NCBI GenBank assembly: GCA_963772965.1
Contig: CAVYZU010000002.1
Span: forward strand, 1,199,751 to 1,263,750
Reading direction: 5' to 3'
From: an uncultured Alphaproteobacteria bacterium
GTDB lineage: Bacteria > Pseudomonadota > Alphaproteobacteria > ATCC43930 > CGMCC-115725
Length of the DNA: 64,000 nt
The notes below the pieces were generated by a model. It was not told the origin of the DNA and searched no databases. It saw nothing but the letters and a program-made list of their open reading frames with translations. The position numbers and the translations under genes were made by a program. Position 1 is the stretch's first letter. The number at the start of each line of letters is the position of its first letter. Below are positions 38,396 to 46,227 of this stretch, piece after piece.

Positions 38396-38979
38396 TTGCC
38401 AACGATCGCCGCCTCGACCGCCGCGCCGCAATCCGGATATTGCTTGAAAAACGCGATGATTTGTTGCTGGTGACCGGGCTCGGCTCGACCACTTATGACG
38501 CCGCCTCGGTCGGCGACGATCCGCGCAACTTCTATTTATGGGGAGCGATGGGAGCGGCGGCATTGGTCGGGCTCGGTCTCGCGATCGCCCAGCCCCGGCA
38601 TCGGGTGCTGGTCGTGACCGGCGACGGCGAGATGCTGATGGGGCTCGGCGGGCTCGCGACGATCGGCATTCAGCGGCCTCCGAACCTGGCGATCGCGGTG
38701 TTCGACAATGGCCATTACGGCGAAACCGGCATGCAGGCGAGCCATACCGAGGCCGGGGTCGAATTGGCCGGCATCGCCCGCGCCTGCGGCATCAAGGAAA
38801 TTTTTGACATCAGCGACGAATTGGGGGTGCGCGATTTTGCCGGCCGGGTCCGCAAATCGGCGACGACCTTGTTCGCCCGTGTCGCGATCCGCGCCGACGA
38901 GCCGCCGCGCGTCCTGCCGCCGCGCGATGGGGTGCTGCTCAAGAACCGCTTCCGCCACGCAATCGGTGTCGAAGGCTGA
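38392..38979 (+). CDS. TPP-dependent 2-oxoacid decarboxylase beta subunit (ComE-like)
   Basis: ATGA overlap with the alpha subunit. TPP motif VVTGDGEMLMGLGGLATI...NLAIAVFDNGHYGETG. Confidence 0.8.
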   Translation: MIANDRRLDRRAAIRILLEKRDDLLLVTGLGSTTYDAASVGDDPRNFYLWGAMGAAALVGLGLAIAQPRHRVLVVTGDGEMLMGLGGLATIGIQRPPNLAIAVFDNGHYGETGMQASHTEAGVELAGIARACGIKEIFDISDELGVRDFAGRVRKSATTLFARVAIRADEPPRVLPPRDGVLLKNRFRHAIGVEG

Positions 38980-38990
38980 CAATCGGCTGA

Positions 38991-39404
38991 TCAATATTGG
39001 TCGGGCTTAAGCGCCGGCACAATGTCGGTCTTAGCGAAATCGTTCCCGATGAATAGCAATTCCGCATCACGTGATTTTGCAAGCGCGTAAGAAAAAGCAT
39101 CACCGAAATTGAGAGTGCCGCCGAAGCCCATACCGCGGCCATGGACAATTCGGGCGGACAGCGCCAACCGTCCCTGCACTAGATCGACGGGTACAAGCTC
39201 AATCCCAGTGTCCGAGAGAAAGGCATCGAGCTCGTCGATCGCCTTCAAGCGGTCGTGTCGTCGCCGGCCGGCGAGCACGGTTCCTGCCTCCAGATAGGAG
39301 GCGACCGACAACACTGCATCGCCGGCAAGCCGGGCAGCTAGCGCAGCTGCTGGAGGCTCATCGAGCATCATTGCGATTACTGCCGACGAGTCCACGACGA
39401 TCAT
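38991..39404 (-). CDS. vapC: PIN-domain toxin VapC
   Basis: [13 protein letters not shown] ... SYLEAG ... [12 protein letters not shown] ... LLFIGNDF. Confidence 0.9.
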   Translation of the reverse strand: MIVVDSSAVIAMMLDEPPAAALAARLAGDAVLSVASYLEAGTVLAGRRRHDRLKAIDELDAFLSDTGIELVPVDLVQGRLALSARIVHGRGMGFGGTLNFGDAFSYALAKSRDAELLFIGNDFAKTDIVPALKPDQY

Positions 39405-39652
39405 TCTTCGTCGCCCGATGCGGCGTCCCACTCAGCTTTGGTCACCGGCCGCGTATCATAAGCGTCGCGGATACGCTGGGAGAATGCGGCAACGCGTGCG
39501 GGGAGATCGACTGCAGCGTCATGTCTTGCCCGTTCACGCGCCAAACGTTCGCGCAGCGCCACCGTAACCGCTTTGGTCATAGTCTCTCCGGTAAGCGCTG
39601 CGAGGGCGCGGGCGAGGCGGTCAGCTTCTTCGGTCTTAATGCTCAGAGCCAT
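39401..39652 (-). CDS. vapB: type II antitoxin VapB
   Basis: [37 protein letters not shown]; ATGA overlap with vapC. Confidence 0.85.
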   Translation of the reverse strand: MALSIKTEEADRLARALAALTGETMTKAVTVALRERLARERARHDAAVDLPARVAAFSQRIRDAYDTRPVTKAEWDAASGDEE

Positions 39653-39867
39653 CGGTCATCGATTATATTCTAGATTTGGTTTATAGATAAGATGGTGCGC
39701 GCCGCGTGCAAGCCGGGAGGAGAGGGCGGCGAAACCCGTACACAGCTTGACCTTGGTGCTGCGGACAGGCGAAGGTTGTCGCAGGAGCCAACCGTGCGCG
39801 ATTCACGATGCCGATCTGTGTCGGCGGCGCGGATGGTGGATGATTTGAACAAGAAAGGGCCGCATTC

Positions 39868-41055
39868 GTGAGCATTGGAAGCCTGCCGCTGGCGAAATTT
39901 ACCGTTCTCGACCTCACTCATGCCCGCGCCGGGCCGACCGCGGTGCGCCAGCTCGCCGATTGGGGCGCCAACGTCATCAAGATCGAGCGGCGCGGCGATG
40001 ACGGCCGCGATGTGACCGGCGCGCGGCGCGAAGGCTTTGATTTCCAGAACCTGCATCGCAACAAGCGCAGCCTGACCCTCGATTTGAAGACCAAAGAGGG
40101 GCTCGCGATATTTATGGATCTCGCCAAGGACGCCGATGTCATCGTCGAGAATTTCCGCTCCACGGTAAAACATCGGCTCGGTGTGGATTACGAAAGCGTC
40201 AAGAAAATCAACCCGCGCATCGTTTATGGCAGCATCTCCGGGTTTGGCCAGAGCGGGCCCTACGCGGCGCGGCCGGGCGTCGACCAGATCGCCCAAGGGA
40301 TGGGTGGGCTGATGTCGATCACCGGATTGCCGGGGCAGGGGCCAGTGCGGGTCGGCATCCCGATCGACGATCTCTGCGCCGGCATCCTGCTGGCCCAAGG
40401 TATCCTGATGGCGCTGATCGAGCGCGAAAGTTCGGGCGAGGGCCAGTGGGTCCATACCTCGCTGCTCGAGGCCCAGATCTTTATGCTCGATTTCCAGGGC
40501 TCGCGCTGGCTGATGGCGGGGGAAGTCGCCAAACAGGCCGGCAATGACCATCCGACCGGCATTCCGACGGGTGTGTTCCCGACCTCCGACGGCCAGATCA
40601 ACATCGCCGCGTCGGGCGATCACATGTTCCGCCGTTTTTGCGAGGCGGCCGACGCGATGGCGTTGCTCGATGATCCCGATTACGCAACTGGACAGGCGCG
40701 CTCGAAAAATCGCAAGGCGCTGAATGAGAAGATCGGCGAGATCACCAAAAAGCGTCCGGCCGCCTATTGGGTCGAGCTGATGAACGAGGTCGGGGTGCCG
40801 TGCGGGCCGATCTACACGATCGACCAGACATTTGCCGACCCACAGGTGCAGCATCTCGAAATGGCGCGCCCGATCGATCATCCGAAACTCGGCCCGCTCA
40901 AGGCGGTCGGGCAGGCGATCAACATGACCCGCACGCCCGAGCCCGAGAAGTTGCGGCCGACCCCCGGTCTCGGTGAACACACAGACCAGATCCTGCATAA
41001 GCTCGGCTATAGCGACGAAAAGATCGCCGATCTGCGCGCCCGCGCTGTCATCTGA
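39868..41055 (+). CDS. family III CoA-transferase (CaiB/BaiF)
   Basis: VLDLTHARAGPTAVRQLADWGANVIKIE, NKRSLTLDLK, ADVIVENFR, GFGQSGPY. Confidence 0.9.
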   Translation: MSIGSLPLAKFTVLDLTHARAGPTAVRQLADWGANVIKIERRGDDGRDVTGARREGFDFQNLHRNKRSLTLDLKTKEGLAIFMDLAKDADVIVENFRSTVKHRLGVDYESVKKINPRIVYGSISGFGQSGPYAARPGVDQIAQGMGGLMSITGLPGQGPVRVGIPIDDLCAGILLAQGILMALIERESSGEGQWVHTSLLEAQIFMLDFQGSRWLMAGEVAKQAGNDHPTGIPTGVFPTSDGQINIAASGDHMFRRFCEAADAMALLDDPDYATGQARSKNRKALNEKIGEITKKRPAAYWVELMNEVGVPCGPIYTIDQTFADPQVQHLEMARPIDHPKLGPLKAVGQAINMTRTPEPEKLRPTPGLGEHTDQILHKLGYSDEKIADLRARAVI

Positions 41056-41062
41056 CAACATC

Positions 41063-41158
41063 GTCATTGCGAGGAGCGGAGCGACGCGGCAATCCCGCTG
41101 ATCGCAACGACAACTCCGGGATTGCTTCCCCGCGGGTTAAACCCGCGGGTCGCAATGA
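41063..41158. repeat. REP-like palindromic element (GTCATTGCGAG... family), divergent copy
   Basis: GTCATTGCGAGGAGCGGAGCGACGCGGCAATCC ... GGATTGCTTCCCCGCGGGTTAAACCCGCGGGTCGCAATGAC. Confidence 0.7.
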
Positions 41159-41185
41159 CAACGCACGAACGAGGAAGTTGGACCC

Positions 41186-41986
41186 ATGCTCGATCAGCCG
41201 ATGACCAGCAAAATGATCGCCGAAAAGGACGGGGCGATCGGCCGTTTGATCTTTAACAACCCGGCGCGGCACAATGCGGTGTCGCTCGAAATGTGGGAGG
41301 CGGTGGCGCAGATCATCGATGATTTCGAGCGCGACGACGCGATCCGGGTCATCGTCGTGTCAGGCGCTGGTGGTCGCGCCTTTGTGTCGGGCGCCGACAT
41401 CTCCGAATTCAAGGAACGGCGCGCCTCCGAAGAGGCCGCCGCAGCCTATTCGAAGATTTCCGAGGGCGCCCGGATGCGCCTGCAGGAAACCTTGAAACCG
41501 ACGATCGCCATGATCCGTGGCTATTGCATCGGCGGCGGCGTCGGCACTGCCCTCGCCTGCGACATGCGGATCGCGGCCGAGGGTTCGAAATTCGGGGTGC
41601 CGGCGGCAAAGCTCGGCCTCGGCTACGCCTATGACGGCATCAAAAAATTGATCGACCTGGTCGGCCCGGCCTGTGCCCGCGAGATCTTTTTTACCGCGCG
41701 CCAGTTCACTGCCGAGGAGGCGTTGCGCATGGGGCTCGTCAACCAACTGGTCCCGGACGCGGAGTTGGAGAGCTTCGTCAATAATTATTGCGCAATGATT
41801 GCGGCCAATGCGCCATTGACGGTAAAGGCCGCGAAGGTCGCGATCCGCGAGGCATTGAGGGACGAGTTGGTGCGCGACCTGGGATTGTGCAAGCGGTTGG
41901 TCGACGAATGCTTTGCCAGCGCCGATTACACCGAGGGCCGCGCCGCCTTTATGGAAAAACGCAAACCCGTCTTTCACGGGCAATAG
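41186..41986 (+). CDS. enoyl-CoA hydratase/isomerase family protein
   Basis: LIFNNPARHNAVS, VVSGAGGRAFVSGADISEF, MIRGYCIGGGVGTALACD. Confidence 0.9.
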   Translation: MLDQPMTSKMIAEKDGAIGRLIFNNPARHNAVSLEMWEAVAQIIDDFERDDAIRVIVVSGAGGRAFVSGADISEFKERRASEEAAAAYSKISEGARMRLQETLKPTIAMIRGYCIGGGVGTALACDMRIAAEGSKFGVPAAKLGLGYAYDGIKKLIDLVGPACAREIFFTARQFTAEEALRMGLVNQLVPDAELESFVNNYCAMIAANAPLTVKAAKVAIREALRDELVRDLGLCKRLVDECFASADYTEGRAAFMEKRKPVFHGQ

Positions 41987-41994
41987 CACCAATT

Positions 41995-42075
41995 GTCATT
42001 GCGAGCGCAGCGAAGCAATCCAGAGAGGGCTAGTGAACTGCTAGATTGCCGCGTCGCTGCGCTCCTCGCAATGAC
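41995..42075. repeat. 81-bp REP-like palindromic element, left copy flanking the GIY-YIG gene
   Basis: GTCATTGCGAGCGCAGCGAAGCAATCC-agagagggctagtgaactgcta-GATTGCCGCGTCGCTGCGCTCCTCGCAATGAC. Confidence 0.8.
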
Positions 42076-42084
42076 ATGTCTGCG

Positions 42085-42361
42085 ATGCCCAAGCAGTATT
42101 GCGTGTATATCCTGACCAACCAGCGCCACACCGTTCTTTACACTGGCGTAACCAGCGATTTGAAGCGTCGTGTCTGAAAAGCTTCTGTCCGGTTTTAGTC
42201 ATCGCTATAACCTATCGAAGTTGGTTTATTACGAGTGCGCCGACGATGCTACCGCTGCTATCTCGAGGGAAAAGCAGATCAAAGCTGGATCGCGTCGGAA
42301 GAAGATCGAACTTGTGAACAGCCTTAATCCTGAGTGGCGCGAGCTATATGATGAAATCTAA
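42085..42361 (+). pseudogene. GIY-YIG nuclease family (UPF0213-like) gene with apparent frameshift near 42172-42177
   Basis: ATG 42085 gives MPKQYCVYILTNQRHTVLYTGVTSDLKRRV then TGA. The next frame continues SEKLLSGFSHRYNLSKLVYYECADDATAAISREKQIKAGSRRKKIELVNSLNPEWRELYDEI. Confidence 0.75.
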
Positions 42362-42374
42362 TAGTAGGCAATTC

Positions 42375-42455
42375 GTCATTGCGAGCGCAGCGAAGCAATC
42401 TGGAGAGGACTAGTGAACTGCTGGATTGCCGCGTCGCTGCGCTCCTCGCAATGAC
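42375..42455. repeat. 81-bp REP-like palindromic element, right copy flanking the GIY-YIG gene
   Basis: Same orientation as 41995..42075 and differs from it by eye at only 4 positions. Confidence 0.8.
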
Positions 42456-42466
42456 GAGGACCAATT

Positions 42467-42550
42467 GTCGTGGCGAGCGCAGCGAAGCAACTCCGCGAGG
42501 TCGCCCTGTGAACTGCCGGATTGTCGCCTCGCTACGCTCCTCGCAATGAC
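42467..42550. repeat. REP-like palindromic element, more divergent tandem copy
   Basis: GTCGTGGCGAGCGCAGCGAAGCAACTCC ... GGATTGTCGCCTCGCTACGCTCCTCGCAATGAC. Confidence 0.7.
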
Positions 42551-42570
42551 CGCTCACCTCGGACACCCCA

Positions 42571-43468
42571 ATGAAACTTCCCGCACATAACCGTTACGAC
42601 TATGTGCCGATCTACAAGCGCCCGGTTTACGACTGGCCGGAAGGCAAGCGGCTCGCAGTGGTCTTCAACAATAACATCGAGTATTTCGCGTTTGGCGCGG
42701 GGCTCGGCAGCGACTTCGACCGGGGCGGGGGCGGCACAGAGCCAGCGCAACTATGCCTGGCGTGATTACGGCAATCGCGTCGGGTTGTGGTACTACCTCG
42801 ACCTGCTCGACGAATTTGCTCTGCCAGGCGCGCACAACGTCAACTCGGCGGTGCTCGAAGCCTGCCCCGAGATCGGCGACCGCCTCAAAGCGCGTGGAGA
42901 TGAATTTGTCGGCCACGGCCGCACCAATTCCGAGCGCCAGGACATTTTGTGGGAGGAGGATGAGCGCCGGCTGATCGCCGAATGCACCGAGATTTTGGCG
43001 CGGGTTTCGGGCCGCCGGCCAGAGGGTTGGCTCGGCCCCTATATCGCGCAGAGTGCGGCGACCCTCGATCTATTGAAGGAAGCCGGCTACCGCTACGTCA
43101 TGGATTGGGCGATAGACGACCAACCGATCTGGATGCGGACCCGCGCGGGGCCGATCCTGTCTGTGCCCTATCCGCTCGAAGTCAACGACTCGCCGGCGAT
43201 GGTCTTCCGCCGCCACACCGGTCGGCAATTCGCCGAGATGGTTGTCGACCAGTTCGACGAGATGATGTCCCAGTCGAAAAAATACCCGCTGGTGTTCGCG
43301 GTCTCGGCGCATCCGTTTGTCGTCGGGCAGCCATTCCGCTTGCACGCGTTTCGCGAAGCGGTTCACCACATCATGGAGCGGCGCGACGAATTGTGGATCA
43401 CCACACCCGGCGAGATCGCGCGCTATTGCGAGAGCCTACCCAAGGGGACGGTCCCCGGCTCCGAATAG
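42571..43468 (+). pseudogene. polysaccharide deacetylase family protein with apparent +1 frameshift near 42715-42735
   Basis: Frame 1: MKLPAHNRYDYVPIYKRPVYDWPEGKRLAVVFNNNIEYFAFGAGLGSDF. Frame 2: QSQRNYAWRDYGNRVGLWYYLDLLDEF...GHGRTNSE.... The junction lies in G-runs (CGGGGCGGGGGC). Confidence 0.8.
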
Positions 43469-43479
43469 GGATCGCGCCC

Positions 43480-43833
43480 TCAGCCTGGTGCTTGCGGCAA
43501 CTCCATACGGACCGAGACGGCGGCGCTGGCGATGACCGCGATATCGCCGGCTTCATTGTCTGGGACATCGAGGCCGCCCTTGACCACTTTGACCGTGACC
43601 TCACCGTGCGGCAGTGCCGCCTTGACGGTGGCGGAGTTGACTTTTTCCGGCTGCTGAACACCGATCGTCACTTCGACCTGCATCCGGCGCGCATCGAGTT
43701 TTAGGGTGCGGATCAGAGTTAGCGAGCTGTGATGGAGCGCATCCTGCACCGCGCGGACCGCGGCCTTTGTATAATCGCCGCCATGCAGATCGTTGCCGGT
43801 GCCCATTTCGAGAATGACGCGTTTTGCTGGCAT
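43480..43833 (-). CDS. Lin0512-family conserved hypothetical protein (paralog 2)
   Basis: VILEMGTGNDLHGGDYTKAAVRAVQDAL...GGLDVPDNEAGDIAVIASAAV. Family name is from memory (TIGR02058-like) and needs HMM confirmation. Confidence 0.65.
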   Translation of the reverse strand: MPAKRVILEMGTGNDLHGGDYTKAAVRAVQDALHHSSLTLIRTLKLDARRMQVEVTIGVQQPEKVNSATVKAALPHGEVTVKVVKGGLDVPDNEAGDIAVIASAAVSVRMELPQAPG

Positions 43834-43844
43834 CGTTTTTCTCC

Positions 43845-44186
43845 CTAGGGAAGGTCGAGGTGCACGATCGCGGCGGCATTGGCGATCACGGTCTTGTTGG
43901 TGCCGGCGTCATTCATAATTTCGAGCCCGCCTTCGACGACGTCGACCGTCCCGGTGCCGTGCGGCAACACCGCCAGTACCGCCGCTTTGTCGACTTGTTC
44001 CGGGTGGGGCACGCCGATCCTGACCTCGACCCGCATCGAGTCGACCGGCAATCCTACGGCGTCAGCGACGGAGAGCCCGTTGTGCCAGAGCGCATCACGC
44101 AGCGCGCGGACCGCCGCCTTGGTGTAATCGGCGCCGCGGATATCGGTGCCCATACCGATCTCCAGAACCATTCGCTTCCAAGCCAT
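43845..44186 (-). CDS. Lin0512-family conserved hypothetical protein (paralog 1)
   Basis: MVLEIGMGTDIRGADYTKAAVRALRDAL...GGLEIMNDAGTNKTVIANAAA. Tandem with the previous gene, 11-bp gap. Confidence 0.65.
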   Translation of the reverse strand: MAWKRMVLEIGMGTDIRGADYTKAAVRALRDALWHNGLSVADAVGLPVDSMRVEVRIGVPHPEQVDKAAVLAVLPHGTGTVDVVEGGLEIMNDAGTNKTVIANAAAIVHLDLP

Positions 44187-44494
44187 GCCGACCTCCCTTC
44201 CCGCTCTTGCAGCGCCGGACTCTACTCGGTCGGCCAGGCCGCGTCATCCGCAGCGACAGGAAAGTCGGCCCGACGCGGTGTCGGGTGAGGAATGTTCGAC
44301 GAAGCGATGCCTGATCACCAAAGCGGGAATTAGGACCGCCCGCGGCAGATCGCCGTACCGCGTTCCCGGACGCGAAATTGACACCTTTCCGGGAACCATT
44401 AGTGGGTCGGCTGCGTTTTCGCGGTCCGAAACCTCGGTAGAAGATGTTGCCGGCGTTTTTCAGTGCCAGGCGCAAGATTCAACGACGCATCGAA

Positions 44495-44692
44495 ATGCGA
44501 AATTACTTCAACCTCTTTTCGGCAACTCTCGGGATTTTGGGAATTGGGTTTTGGGTCGCTGCCATGGTGCTGCTGATTCCGAGTCACGCGAGTGACATCT
44601 CAATCGGGCATTTCAGGGTGGGTGAAGCGGGCATCGTAATCGGGGGCGCGTGTCTCGTGGGGGCCATCGCGTTGTTCGCGAATTCCGAGTGA
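44495..44692 (+). CDS. small hypothetical membrane protein
   Basis: MRNYFNLFSATLGILGIGFWVAAMVLLIP... has two hydrophobic segments, in a lower-GC intergenic-looking region. Weak call. Confidence 0.3.
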   Translation: MRNYFNLFSATLGILGIGFWVAAMVLLIPSHASDISIGHFRVGEAGIVIGGACLVGAIALFANSE

Positions 44693-44994
44693 GCGACGAT
44701 CGTCACGTAGCCCTCGTTCCATCTCGCGAAACCAATGGTCGTAAAAGCCTCCTGATTTCGCCGGTGTTGCGCGCCGACTTGCCAATCGCGACCTCTTACC
44801 CCGAAGCAGTTGCGACCAGTCTTCTTCGCGCATTACACCGGTCTTTTTCGCGCATCACGAGGGTGCAATGCGCTCGGCAGCATTGCGACCGCGATGCTGA
44901 CCGACTACACAAACCGGGACATATCCGCCGAACACGACCGGGTATGACATTAGGGTCCTAGCCGAAGGCTGGCCGTTGCAGAAAGGCTGGAGAA

Positions 44995-45660
44995 ATGGAA
45001 GTCGATCTCGGCGAAATCGCTTATGTGCCAACAACAGGCGTTCGCAAGGTACACGAGACGCCGCTTGTCGCCGCCACCAATACTAGCCTCGACGGCTACG
45101 GCTGCCTCGTCGACGACCCGGTCACCTGCCCGATCGAGATCGTCCGGTGGCCAGCGCAGGGCTGGCGTCCGGTCGATGCGAATTCGGGCGACCAAGGCGG
45201 GGTTGCTGAAGGCGTCTTCGAATTCGCTTGGCAGGGCGAGACGCTGTACGCCCGCAACAATGCGGTCGGCGACAGCTATCTCTTTGCCTGGAGCGATTGG
45301 CCCGAAGGGGCGGCTGCGGACGGACCTTGCAAGCCGCGCGAACGCGCTCTGATCTGGCGGGCGAATTACCATCCCGATGGCGGCCAGATGTTTTATCCAT
45401 TGCACGGCGAGAGTTTTGTCGTGCCATTGGCATTGCCCGGCGACGACGTCACGCCGGAACAGTTCGTCAGCTTTTACTGCGACGGAACCCGCGGGCTCTA
45501 CATCCACCCCAACATCTGGCACGGCGCTGTCGTGCCGCTATCCGACACTGCCGAGTTGCTCGACCGCCAAGGCCGCGTCCACGCCCGCATCTCGGTCGAT
45601 TTCCCCAAGGAATTCGGCTGCTACCTCGCCACCCCGCTATTTCGGCCTTACGGAATCTGA
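44995..45660 (+). CDS. ureidoglycolate lyase-like cupin protein
   Basis: 221 aa. ...ANYHPDGGQMFYPL...GLYIHPNIWHGAV resembles the AllA/ureidoglycolate lyase fold. Assignment is tentative. Confidence 0.5.
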   Translation: MEVDLGEIAYVPTTGVRKVHETPLVAATNTSLDGYGCLVDDPVTCPIEIVRWPAQGWRPVDANSGDQGGVAEGVFEFAWQGETLYARNNAVGDSYLFAWSDWPEGAAADGPCKPRERALIWRANYHPDGGQMFYPLHGESFVVPLALPGDDVTPEQFVSFYCDGTRGLYIHPNIWHGAVVPLSDTAELLDRQGRVHARISVDFPKEFGCYLATPLFRPYGI

Positions 45661-45708
45661 CGGAGAAACAGTGCTGACGTTATCCGGCACGGGCTTGCTG
45701 TGACGATG

Positions 45709-45978
45709 TCAGACGGCGACGGCCGGTATGTCGTAGGGCACCAGAACGATCAGCGGGTTGTGGTAGTCGCTTAGATCAGAAGGCGGAACGACGCCGTCCT
45801 CAATCGCCTGTGGCGGGGCGATCCCGGCCTCAACCGCCGAAGCCAGAGCGTCTTGTGCTTGCATTACGATGTGCTCCGGCCGGTCCGCCGCCGAGGTGAC
45901 GCCGGGAAGGTCCGGGAAACTGATCCACCAGCTTTTGCCATCGTCCGACGGCTCGACAACTGCAATGTAGTTCTTCAC
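45709..45978 (-). CDS. hicB: type II antitoxin HicB
   Basis: GTG 45978 after AGGAAG. KNYIAVVEPSDDGKSWWISFPDLPGVTSAADRPEHIVMQAQDAL. Confidence 0.85.
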   Translation of the reverse strand: MKNYIAVVEPSDDGKSWWISFPDLPGVTSAADRPEHIVMQAQDALASAVEAGIAPPQAIEDGVVPPSDLSDYHNPLIVLVPYDIPAVAV

Positions 45979-45989
45979 GTCTGCTTCCT

Positions 45990-46181
45990 TCAGCCTTGCG
46001 GCGGATATTCCCAGCCGGCACCTCGACAAATCGAGCGCAACGTTCCGGGTTTGATGTCTCCCGTGTGGTGCGGGACAACAACTACCCGACCACCCTTGCG
46101 AAACACAACATGAGAGCCCTTGCCGAACCGCTCGGTCCATCCTTCGCGGCGCAGCCGGCTCATCACTTCGCGTGATGTCAA
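45990..46181 (-). CDS. hicA: type II toxin HicA (mRNA interferase)
   Basis: SREVMSRLRREGWTERFGKGSHVVFRKGGRVVVVPHHTGDIKPGTLRSI. TTG 46181 avoids overlap with cysQ; the start is uncertain. Confidence 0.82.
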   Translation of the reverse strand: MTSREVMSRLRREGWTERFGKGSHVVFRKGGRVVVVPHHTGDIKPGTLRSICRGAGWEYPPQG

Positions 46182-46227
46182 GTCATCGTCGCAGCCAGTT
46201 TGCGCCGCCGCTCTTGCTCTTGCACAT

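Noticed and set aside
41063-42550. A cluster of four similar repeats of about 81-96 bp that could be mistaken for a CRISPR array.
   Set aside because: The units are internally palindromic REP-like elements, their spacing is irregular (one spacer is a whole gene), and there are no cas genes or leader.
44362-44396. A perfect 9-bp hairpin, GTTCCCGGA-n17-TCCGGGAAC, in the leader of the Lin0512 pair. On the minus strand the surrounding sequence (CTAATGGTTCCCGG ... GTCCGGGAACG ... GTACGGCG) faintly recalls the ykkC/guanidine-I riboswitch.
   Set aside because: The invariant GGUCCGAGAG and ACGGCGGGA-AAAAGCCCGGGAGA blocks are not intact. This cannot be called without a covariance-model search (cmsearch RF00442), which would be the decisive test.
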